The position numbers were made by a program, and so were the translations under genes. Below are positions 1 through 15,235 of a DNA stretch of 64,000 bases, in pieces. Below the pieces are notes generated by a model. It saw nothing but the letters and a program-made list of their open reading frames with translations, was not told the DNA's origin and did not search any database. Every line of letters starts with the position of its first letter. Position 1 is the stretch's first letter. The stretch comes from Salpingoeca rosetta (Eukaryota; Protista; Choanoflagellata), in assembly GCA_033442325.1 (NCBI GenBank), contig JAWQFM010000021.1, positions 344,040 through 408,039 on the forward strand, given 5' to 3'.

Positions 1-51
<51 letters not shown>

Positions 52-214
52 CGTGTGCGAATGCTATTTCTGCTTGCCTGTGGTCTGCGCTACATTGTGT
101 GATGGGACACAGCTTGAAAAAAGCACGACACAGCCCTGTCTCAGCCCTGTCTGAACCCTAACTCGTCCACATTCCCCTTCCTCCCCACCTTCTCGCTGCT
201 CTTCCACTGCCCAG

Positions 215-457
215 GTGTACTTTGCGTACACACGCCCGAAGGACGCCGACTCGCCCATTGACTACAAGATGAAGGACGTCTCTGTGGAGATTCCGCAAGG
301 AAAGAGCCTTGGCCTTGTTGGGCACACGGGCTGTGGCAAGAGCACCATGATCAAGCTCATTCTCAAGGAGTATGGCATTGAGCCTGGTGAGGGCGACCTC
401 ACCCTCGGCGGTATCAACATCAGGGACGTCAGCGCAAGGTGCGAACGGTGGTGATGG

Positions 458-530
<73 letters not shown>

Positions 531-1472
531 AGACACACAGACAGGCAGAGTCAGACACACAGACAGACACACAGACACATATGCTCACGTCTCGACCACA
601 CTGCATGCCCCCCCCCCCAATCAGGTTGGCCTGCACGAGTTCCTTGAGATGGGCGAGAAGGACATGGTGATGCTTGAGAAGAAGGCTGGCGACACATCTG
701 GCGGACAGCAGCAGCGCATTGGTATTGTCCGCGCCCTCCTCAGCCAGCCAAAGCTCATGGTCCTCGACGAAATCACAAGGTCAGGCGCAACCCTCGCCGT
801 GCTTGGTCGTGGTGGTGGTGGTGGTGGTGGTGACTGGTTTTGGTTGCTCTTACGTGGGTGGCACGTTTCACAAACTCGGCGTCAAGACTCGCACGCGCAG
901 CGCGTCAACTCACCCCACCCTCCCTCTTGTTTGCATCCTACTCCTACTAAACCTTCCCTCTTTGGTCCCTCTTCCCTCTTTGGTCCCTCTTCCCTCGTTC
1001 CCATTTGTGATTCCTTGCATGGCGGTGCAGTGCGCTTGATGGGTCGACGGAGGCTGCGGTGATGCACCTGATCCGCCAGCACGCCCGCGAGAACAACGCC
1101 ACCACCATCATCATCGCCCATCGCTACGCCACCATCGAGCACTGCGACGAAATCCTCGTCATCGAAGAAGGTGTGTGTCTGCCTGTGGGTCTGTCTGTGT
1201 TTGCGTGTCTGTGTCTGTGTCTGTGTGTGTGCGTGTTTGCGTGTCTCTGTGTAAGTATCTGTCTTTGCGTATGTGTCTGTGTGTGTGAATTTGACGGCGC
1301 TTGATTTTGTCTGGCCCTTTGGCTTCCTGCCCTTCTCTCGACCATCCTTAATCCGCCATTCAAACCTCTCCCCGCCCGCCCTACTGCAGGCGCTGTTGTT
1401 GAGCGCGGCACATATGACGAGCTCAAGTCTGACCCGCACGGCAAATTCTACGCTCTGCTCAACACGGAGTAA
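215..1472 (+). CDS. ABC transporter (ABCB/MsbA-like), C-terminal nucleotide-binding domain; 5' part lies upstream of the window
   Basis: Exons 215-438, 625-779, 1031-1170 and 1390-1472 with GT-AG boundaries. They encode Walker A GHTGCGKS, signature TSGGQQQR, Walker B MVLDE, D-loop SALD, H-loop IIAHR and a VVERGTYDEL tail, ending in TAA at 1470-1472. The Q-loop exon is missing between the first two exons. Confidence 0.88.
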
Positions 1473-2170
1473 CACTCCACCACCACAACCATCAGCATCA
1501 CGCACGGTAGTGGCGGCAGCAACAGCACCACCAATGACAATGGCAACAAGCATGCGCACTATGATAGCAGTCCACCCGTCTTGCATTGTTTGTGTTTGTT
1601 TCTCTGGGTGCCCTGCGCCCAGGGCTGATGACTCTTCCTATTCCTTGTCCGGTGTTCGTTTTGCCCGTCCCATGGTGCGTGTGTTGTGCGTCGTGCGTCG
1701 TGTGTTGCGTGTTGCTTCATGGTTGCCTGCGTCTTGTGCATGTTGCTGACACGACAATCGTCTTTCGTTGGTTGCTTTGTTGACTGCGGCGAGCGCATCT
1801 GTTGCCCTGTCCGCCCTCTTGTGCTGCTTGTTTGCCATCCACGTCTCATCACGTACCAGCGAGCGTCTGTGAGTGTGTCTGTGTCTGTGTGTGTGTCTGT
1901 GAGTGAGAGTGTGTGTGAGTGTGTGAGTGTGTGTCTGTGTGTGAGTGTGTGTGTGCGTGTGTGTGTGTAAATGCAATGTGTGCAGTTTCCAGTGTGTGTT
2001 TCAACGTGCCTCTTGCTTGCTGTGTATTTCTTTGTTCGTAGGTTGTTCCCCCCTTTGCAAGGCAAGAAACATACAAACAAATCTTCCAACGCAGCAACGT
2101 CAACAATCAATCGCAGGCACACCAACAAACAAAGAAACACGGCCACTCGTGCAAACTACAACAATCAGTC

Positions 2171-2215
<45 letters not shown>

Positions 2216-2233
2216 ATCGTGGCGCGTGGTGGT

Positions 2234-6209
<3,976 letters not shown>

Positions 6210-6519
6210 CTTGCTTGCTTGCTTCACTGCCTCTCAACAGCAACAACACCAACCAACACACGGGATGCAACACAGCAGCAGAAGCACGCACAACAACAGC
6301 AGCAGCAGTGCGTCGGAGGACGAGCAGAAAAAGTGCAGCAAAGTTGTGAAAAATTGTGAACATCTTCCTTTAATTATCGGCGTTGCACCAGCGTGCAGAA
6401 AACAGAGAAGAGCAACAAACAACCAGGAACAAGCAGCAGGGAGGACAACGACGCGCTGACACACCGCACCACCACGAAGACACAAACAAAACAAACACAG
6501 CTGTGTGTCCTCATTCAGG
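6210..6519. promoter_or_regulatory. Putative bidirectional promoter between MCCC2 and the ADAM-SH2 gene
   Basis: Divergent start codons about 310 bp apart, with an AT-richer core at 6330-6380. Confidence 0.45.
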
Positions 6520-7960
6520 ATGGCCGTTGTCGCTGCTGCTGGTGGTGGTTGTGGTGGTGGTGGTGGTGGTTGTGTTGTGGTGATGTGGCTGGCTGCCAGC
6601 ACATTGCTGCTATGTGCGAGTGGCTGCTACGGTGCGCCAAGCGATGCGCGACAGCAACAGGAGGAATCGACCCGCTTGCCTGCGCTGGACGATGTGGTGT
6701 CGCAGTTCACCCTGGCGAGTGTGACGCTGCTGCGTCGCCCAGGTCGTGAGGACGGTGGTGAGGACGGTGCGGTGGCGTTTGCAATGGAAACGCCAGCTGA
6801 CTTGGACTTTCCCTCCCTCCACCTCACCCTGAAACCCAACACGGAGGTGCTTCACCCCAACGCCGTCTTGGAGGTTCACCGCGCTGGAGGAAAGACCGTG
6901 GAAACACGCGCCATCAACACGTCCACGGTTCTGCACGGCTGGCACAGCGACGGCACGTACGTGCATGGCTACCTCCACTCGGGCTACACGGCAAACATGT
7001 CCGACACCAATTTTCACCGTCGCAACGATGGGCTGGTCGAGTATTTCTCCGGCGTGGTCCAGCTGACAAACGGGTCGCACTTCAGCCTGGAGCCCGTACA
7101 CATGTACGCGGAGGCGAACACGACGCGCACCCAGACGCACGTGCTGTACGGCCACCACCACTTGCGGCCTAGCATGCTCGACCGACCGCGGCCCATATGC
7201 GATACAGAGGCATACGAGCGCCTGCGACGACGCAACAACTACCCCGATACCCCCACAGGAGCCGTGCATGACTCGGAAACCGTGTGGCGAACGCGCCGCT
7301 CTGCTGATGGCGACGCTGGTCAGCACACCACCATCCGCAGGCCCAAGCACCGATATCAGCAGGCGGCACAATCAACAAACGCTTCGCGGCACGACGGTGC
7401 AGCTTCTATCTCTGCCCCTGTTGGTGCAGAGGCATGCGCTGGCAAGTGCACGTGCCCCGTGACGGTGATTGCCGACTTCAAGTTCTTTCAAGCGCTGGGC
7501 TCTCGCCGCAACGATGTGGTTGCCGCAATGGTTGCCCACATCAACGAGGCCGACACGCTGTTCCGCCGCACCGTGTTTGGCGACACATACGGGCTTGGCT
7601 TTGCCGTTGGGCGCGTGGTTGTGTACGAGGACAGCGGTGCGCCGAGCCCCGTCAACGGTGGCGCATACACCGCCGACGCGTTCCTGCAGGCGTTCTCTAC
7701 CAAGCAGTGGAGCGGGTCGTGCCTCGCACACGTGTTCACGCACCGCGACTTTGCGGACGGCGTGCTGGGTCTGGCGTGGGTTGGCGGCGGCAGTGCCGGC
7801 ATCTGCAGCTCAAAGGGATACAACACGGGGTTCACCACCTCGCTCAACTTTGGAGCACGCGTCTCGCAGGCAGTCACCATGATCACCACCACGCACGAGT
7901 ACGACACGACACCAAAGGGGCGTGGGGATTGAGGGCTTTGTGTGAGGGGATTCTTTGTGC

Positions 7961-8007
<47 letters not shown>

Positions 8008-9861
8008 CGTTTGTTTGTGTGTGCATGTCTGTTTGTGTGTCTGTGTTCGTTTGTTTGTGTGTGCGTGTCTGTTTGTGTGTCTGTGTGTCTGTTTGTGTGC
8101 CTGTGTGTGTATGTGTGTGTCTATCCTTCTTTCTTCTGTCGGACACCCGTAGGTGCTCACCCACACATATCGTGCCCGTCCGACGCTCACGCGCTGCCCT
8201 CCATAGGTTTGGGCACAACTGGGGGTCACCGCATGACGAAACCGCCGCCTGCACGCCCGGCGATCCGGACGGAAATTACATCATGTTTCCATCGGCCACA
8301 GATGGTTCACTGCCAAACAACAAGCTCTTCTCTCCGTGCAGCCGCACCAGCATTGCCACCCACCTTTCGTCGGGAGCGGGTGCGTTGTGTGTGCGTGTGT
8401 ATGTATGTGTGTGTATGTATATGTGTACGTATGTATGTATGTATGTATGTATGTATGTATGTATGTATGTATGTATGTATGTATGTATGTATGTATGTAT
8501 GTAGGTATGTATGTATGTATGTACGTATGTATGTATGTATGTATGTATGTATGTATGTATGTATGTATGTATGTATGTGTGTGTATGTGTGTCTGCGCCT
8601 CTGTGTGTGTGTGTGTGTGTGCTGTCCCTTTTCGTGCATCTCAACAGCGTACAATGCATGTGTGTGTGTGTGTTGCTGCGTGCTCGGTGCTCAGGCTGCT
8701 TTGACGACTCGCGATCGTTCTGCGGCAACGGCATTGTCGAAGGCAACGAGCCATGGTGAGTTTGCGGCGAGGTGAACGCTACCCTGTCGCCAGTCGTGGC
8801 TGGGAGTGGTAGGGTACTGCTTTTGATAGAGCAACTGAAGCGTGTTGTTTGCGCGCTGGGCTGTTTCCCTTTGTTTCACCTCAGTTACATTGCGCATTAC
8901 GTTTAGTCAACATCTCTGTTACACCTTCCTCACTACCACCGCCATCACCATCACCACCCCAACCATTGCCACCACGAAGCGACTGTGGGGACGCGTGTGA
9001 TGATGACCCGTGCTGCACGAGCAACTGCACCATCCCGGTCGGCCTCGACTGCAGTCCACAGGACCCCGTCCGCTTCCCTTGCTGCACCAGCGAGTGCCGC
9101 GTTGTTCCTGCACAGCAGCAGCAACAGTGCAGTCCTGAGGACGACTGCAAGGCCGCAGCCGTTTGTGATGGCGTCTCTGCTTCATGCCCGCTTCCAGGTG
9201 TGTGTATGTGTGTGTCTGTGTGTGTGTGTGTGTACGTGTGTGTCTGTGTGTGTGTGTGTGTGGTGTGTGTACGTGTGCGTCTGTGTCTGTCCGCATCTGT
9301 ACATGTGTCTTTGTCAGTGTCTGTCTGTCTCTCCGTCTGTCTATCCGCCTTTCTGCCTCTGCGCGTGTGTTTGCCTTTACAGCGTGCACTTGCCCACCAA
9401 TACTCCTAACCTGCACATACATCCCTCTGACAGACAACAAACCCAATGGGACGCTGTGTGCGTGTGCAAATGACGACTGCGACGCGTTCCCGACCACAGC
9501 AGCCAAGGTAACAAAAGCAGGCCTTGTCTTGATGCCTGTATGTGTTTGGGGGGGTAGAATCCTGTGCGCATACTTGATTGTGAAGAGCCCACACTTGCGT
9601 ACTTTTTATTCTTGTGGGTAATGACTCTCTCCCGCAAAGCCACATGCATACTCTTGTCCTCTCTTCTTGCACTCTCGCTCAATACCCACACAATCACTCG
9701 ACGTCACTCAACACGATTACACCACCACGACACTGCATCTGCGCCAGGTGTGCACTGCTGGGCGGTGTGCCGCCTCCATCTGCTCGCTCACGGGCGCCGA
9801 CGAATGTCGACTTGGCGGTCGCGACGACTGCTGGGTGTGTGCGTGTGTGTGTTGTGTGTGT

Positions 9862-9930
<69 letters not shown>

Positions 9931-11128
9931 GTGTGTGTACATGTGTGTACATATGTGTGTGTGTGTGTACATGTGTGTGTGTGTGTACATGTGTTAGTGT
10001 GTGTACATGTGTGTACATGTGTGTACATGTGTGTGTGTGTGTGTGTACATGTGTTAGTGTGTGTATTTATCCCCCTGCCTGCGTCTGCCTGCGTCAACGC
10101 TGCGGCCTTCGATGGTTCACTCTCGCTGCCCATTCACTGCCTCGACCATCATCAGGTTGCCTGTCGCGGTGCCGGCTGGGGTGACGGCAGCGAGTGTGTC
10201 TCCACCAACGCCAAGCACACCACAAAGCCAGAAAACTTTTCCAACCCCCGCTCGCTTCCTCCAAACTCGCCCTGCGATGAGTAAGCGATCATGCATCCAC
10301 AACTCGGAGCATGCTTTCTTGATTGCCTGTACAGAATTGCATTCCTAAACCCATGTCACCGTTTCACTTGCATTTGTGCTTCCATTCGTGCATGCATTCA
10401 TACATTCGTGCATGCATTCATACATCCATTCGTGCATGCATTCATACATTCGTGCATGCATTCATACATCCATTCGTGCATGCATTCATACATTCGTGCA
10501 TGCATTCGTACATCCATTCATGCGTCCATCCACTGTCCCCACGATGATCATCACCATCGCCGCTAGCTACAACGGGTACTGTGACGCGGGCGGCAACTGC
10601 ATCACGCTGAACAACAACGGCATTCTCGACGAGCTTGACCGCTTCCTCAAGGGCCTCTCCTGGTCCCGCGCATGGGGCTGGATCAAGGTCTGCCTGTGTA
10701 TGTGTGTGTGTGTGTGTGTGTCTGTCTCTGTGTGTCTGTTCTGAGTGTTTTTGTGTGTGTGTGTGGAAGTGTTCTGTGTGTTGTGCGTTCTGTTTCATGT
10801 GTCTTGTGTGTGTCCGCCTTGTATGTTCGTTCTCTTTCACGTGTGTGTCTGCTCCACGTTATTATTGACGGGTGTGCACTGCAGTGCAAGTCTCTGCTTC
10901 TCATGACAATCACCACACCACACCGTGCTGAACCGGTTTTCATCAATATGCCGCCGCCTCCATCAGGGCAACTGGCAGTGGCTGCTGCTCGGAATTGGTG
11001 CACTGATTGCCCTCATCGCCCTGCTTGTGGTTCGTGGCTTCCCCTTTGTGTCTGTTGGCACTGCGTTCTCATGTGTATGTGCTTGTGCGTCCATGTGTAT
11101 GTGTGTGTGTGTGTGTGTGTGCGTGGCG

Positions 11129-11182
<54 letters not shown>

Positions 11183-11452
11183 ATGTGTATGTATGACTAT
11201 CTATATGCTAACAGAGAGGCAGGTATGGAGGGGGTGGGCATAGACAGAGCGGCAAATACGACTATGTATGGTTATACATGACCNNNNNNNNNNNNNNNNN
11301 NNNNNNNNNNNNNNNNNNNNNNNNNNNNNNNNNNNNNNNNNNNNNNNNNNNNNNNNNNNNNNNNNNNNNNNNNNNNNNNNNNNCTTATATTTTTTTTGAA
11401 TGTTTAACAACTCAAGTACATCTCAAAAAAATGTGTCTGACTCTCCCCCCCA

Positions 11453-11528
<76 letters not shown>

Positions 11529-12462
11529 GTTGTGTGTGTGTGGGTGGGTGGGTGGGTGTGCGTAGCGTTGTGTGCGCAATTTCTGCTGTGGCTGCCGTAA
11601 CTTTTGAAGCCTCATGAACTCGCTGTCCCCCTTTTCATGTGTGTGTATGTGTGTGTTTGTTTGTTTGTTTGTTTGTTGTTTGGCTGCAGGTCACGAAACC
11701 GCGCATGAAAGTGCGACGGAAGCGCCGACGGCGGCGACGAAGTTACGATTTCGATTACGACGACGATTACGACGAGTTGTACGGCAGCGATGGCTGGTCC
11801 GGCGCTGATGACGATGATGATAATGATGACGATGAGCGACTGGCACTCGTGCCGTCATCGCGAAGCAGAGGTTTGTGCATGCGTGTGTGTGTGTGTGTGT
11901 GTCTGTCTGTCTGTGTCTGTGTCTGTGTGTGTGCGTGTGTGTGTGTGTCTGTGTCTGTCTGTCTGTGTCTGTCTGTCTGTGTTTGTGTCTGTGTCTGGTC
12001 ATCTCTTCACGCATACTCCGCTTTCTGACTGTAATTTGTTGCTCTTGCCCACCCCTCACTACCAACTCCCGCCTCCCTCCACGCGCCCCTCTTTGCCTTT
12101 GGCCCCTGGTCCCCTTCTCCCGCCCTTGCTGTCATCCGCGTCAGGGATTCGATCGCACGGCGCCATTGCACGAAATAGCGACGACAACAGCGACCTGCTC
12201 GCTGCTGATCCGTGGTTCCACCCGCACATGTCAGAAACGCAGGCAACACGCGTACTCAAGCGTGCCAACGTACCTGGTGCGCTGCTTTCATCCTGCATGT
12301 GTTGTATTCCCGGACTCACACACGCCATCAGCACGCGTGCTTGCGAGCTTGCTACTGCGATTGCAGTGTGACCGCTTTACCACTGGCTGCTGTGTTGTGC
12401 TACACCCGGCGCTCCAATTCACGCATACATTACATGCACACACACACACGTTGCAAACTACG

Positions 12463-12508
<46 letters not shown>

Positions 12509-12962
12509 GCACGCACGCACGCACGTGTTGCAAACTACGATACACACTGCAGGCGCCTTTGCTGTGCGCATGGATGCCATGAAGCGCCATGTCCTCAGCG
12601 TGTGGAGCCCACCGGTGAGGCCACAGACACAGAGCGCGCACAAATGCAGAAACAGCGTGCGCAAATGTTCAAACAAACACAACAGCGCGCACACTTACAC
12701 ACTCACTTACTCACACGCACACACACACATGCACACACACGCGCACACACACACTTCCCAGGTCCGTCACGTTGTCATCAACGTTGATGCGTCGACAGGA
12801 CAATTATTCCTGCCGTCCTCCACGCACCGCTTCCCATCACTGTCCGAGCTGGTCGCTTTCTACCGCCAGGGCGATCCAGAGGACATTCTGGGAACGCCCC
12901 TCACTTATGCAATCAAGTACGGCAAACCGCCGAAATCCGCCAGACGCCTCATGAAACCGTGA
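6520..12962 (+). CDS. ADAM10/17-like (kuzbanian-type) membrane zinc metalloprotease with a C-terminal SH2 domain
   Basis: Signal peptide (Met at 6520 or 6583), prodomain with Cys (PICDT) and furin-like RTRR, then [22 protein letters not shown]. The zinc motif [12 protein letters not shown] is split over intron 7899-8206. It is followed by Met-turn GNYIMFP, disintegrin [12 protein letters not shown], Cys-rich SPCD.YNGYCD and a TM exon at 10967-11029. Phase-compatible exons 11690-11870, 12145-12276, 12553-12614 and 12762-12962 then encode an SH2 (PWFH...GAFAVR...VRHVVI...[11 protein letters not shown]). Confidence 0.9.
8430..8578. repeat. (TATG)n tetranucleotide microsatellite, intronic
   Basis: Visible directly in an ADAM intron. 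Confidence 0.95.
10380..10530. repeat. Degenerate CATT/CATG-based minisatellite (CATTCGTGCATGCATTCATA units), intronic
   Basis: About 6 imperfect copies are visible. Confidence 0.85.
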
Positions 12963-13027
12963 TCTCTGTGTGCATGTGTCTGTGTATCTGTGTCTGTCTG
13001 TCGGTCGGTCGGTCGGTCGGTCGTTCG

Positions 13028-13061
<34 letters not shown>

Positions 13062-13232
13062 TTATCTGAACATTTGCTTGCACATTTGATGTATGGATGT
13101 GTATGCCCTTCATTGTTCAGCCCCTGCTCTAGTCGACCAGTATGTATTAGAATCTATCTTCTTACACGAATTGAAAGGGCGCGCTTGCGACTTGTGAATC
13201 CATGGAAGGTCGATCCGCGTTGTTGAGGCATC

Positions 13233-13273
<41 letters not shown>

Positions 13274-13325
13274 TTTGAATTTCGCGCGGCACCCCAACAC
13301 AAACAAACAAAACAAAAGGACGACG

Positions 13326-14682
13326 ATGGCGAGTGTCGTGCACACGCAGCAGCTGGGTCGTGCGGTGACGGGTGGACAGGCACGATGCATGGTGGAGCTG
13401 CGGAACACAGGCACAAGCGCTTGGAAAGGATACCAGGTGGTGAGAGAAGATGGTTCCTCGCGTTCCAGCAAGCCCTTTGCTGTCCCAGCAACCAATGCAG
13501 GAGGAGAAGCAACCGTTGTCGTGCAGGTTGGTGGTTGTGCGTGTGTGTCTGTGTCTGTGTCTGTGTCTGTGTGTGTATCTGTGCCTGTGTGTGTCTGTGT
13601 GTCTGTGTGTGTCTGTGTTGTGCAGCAGTGTGTGTCTCGGCCTGTTCGCCCATCCATCCACGCATCCATCTGCCTCTCTGCCTCTCTGCCTCCCTGCCCC
13701 TTCGCGATCGCTCCAACCATTGCACCTTCAAAGCCCTTCCTGCGCACGCACCACTTCAGGTCGATCTGCCGCGCGATCACAAGGGAGCTTCATACACGGC
13801 AACGTTTCGGCTCCAGGATGACGCTGGCAACACCGTCCAAGTAGATGGAGAAGACACCTTCACCGTGAAGCTCCTTTGCTCCGTGGTGTGTGCGCTCGTG
13901 TGTGTGACTCTCCAACTCCCATCCCCAATACCCCCCCCCCCAAACACACACACACACACACACGTTCACGATCGCTTACTCCTGCGTGTGCTCACTTCCC
14001 CCATCAATGACTTGTGCAGGAAGCGCTTCGACCACGCAGAATGATGGCCCGCATGCTGCATCCCCTCAATGGACGCGCCATGTTTGACGACGTACAGCCG
14101 TCCTCATCCCTTAACGCCAAGATTGCAGCCGATGGTGTGTGTCTGTCTGTCTGTGTCTGTCGGTCTGTCTGCCTGCATCTGCCTGTCTGCATCTCTGTGT
14201 GTGCATACGCCACCCTCCATCAATTAACCGCTCTTGGCTGTCCAACCTTCCTCACACGTGCTGCTCCTCCCAATATGTCGTTGACAGAGCTGCAAGTCTC
14301 TGTGACCCCTGCCCTGCTGCAGGCTGTGGCTTCGCGCGCAACCCAACTGCAGCACGACTCCTGTGGCCTCTCCGCCGAAGATGCCCTCGCAAAGGTCACC
14401 GTCGTGCGCACCCCGCGCTGTGCCTATTGTTGTGCCTGCCTGTCTTTCCGTGCTCTTCTCCACCTCGTGGCCATTCTCCAGTGCCCTGCCTGCTCCACAA
14501 CAATCAGCACTCTTGTACACACCTTTCTTCGCCATCGTTCAATGGTGCTTCTCTTTCGTCAGCCAACGCTCACACACACACACATACACACACTCACACA
14601 CACAAACAACAATCAGGCTGCCCAGGAGTTTGGCTTTGACGACCCATCACAGACACACGACCTCCTCCAAGCCATCGCGTGA
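13326..14682 (+). CDS. Small protein with an N-terminal NBR1 FW (ILRUN-type Ig-like)-like domain; function unknown
   Basis: Exons at about 13326-13527, 13760-13884, 14020-14134, 14289-14394 and 14617-14682 with GT-AG boundaries. VELRNTGTSAWKG...VPATNAGGEATVVV..LP....SYTATFRLQDDAG resembles the NTGxxxW pattern of FW domains. Confidence 0.5.
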
Positions 14683-14709
14683 ACACTGGCGACTTTGCTC
14701 GCACGTCAC

Positions 14710-14813
<104 letters not shown>

Positions 14814-15235
14814 TGCACGCACACATTTTTGTTACACAAGACACGCGATGCGCTGGGACTGTTCATTTCGGGGGGTTTTGTTGCTGGTGCCAAGGAAGGA
14901 ACAACCACACCGGCAACCAACAGAACGATGCAACAAGGCGCTCACAGCACAGAGAAAAGAAGAAGGGGGGGGGAGAAGGCAAGCAAAGCATCAGGTCAAG
15001 TCAACTCAAACGCATGTCAAACGCAAAAGGTTAACGAGGGGGGCAAGATGACAAGAAGAGAGGGGGAACAAGAATAAGAGAAGATGAACGAGGGAAAGAG
15101 GGCGAGGGAATAAGGACAAACGAGGGAAAGAGCATTGAGAAATGCAGATGGGCCAAAAGTGAGGCCACAACACAACCAAACAGGTACACACACCACACAT
15201 AAAACACACGACACAACACAGAGCTATGGCACGGC

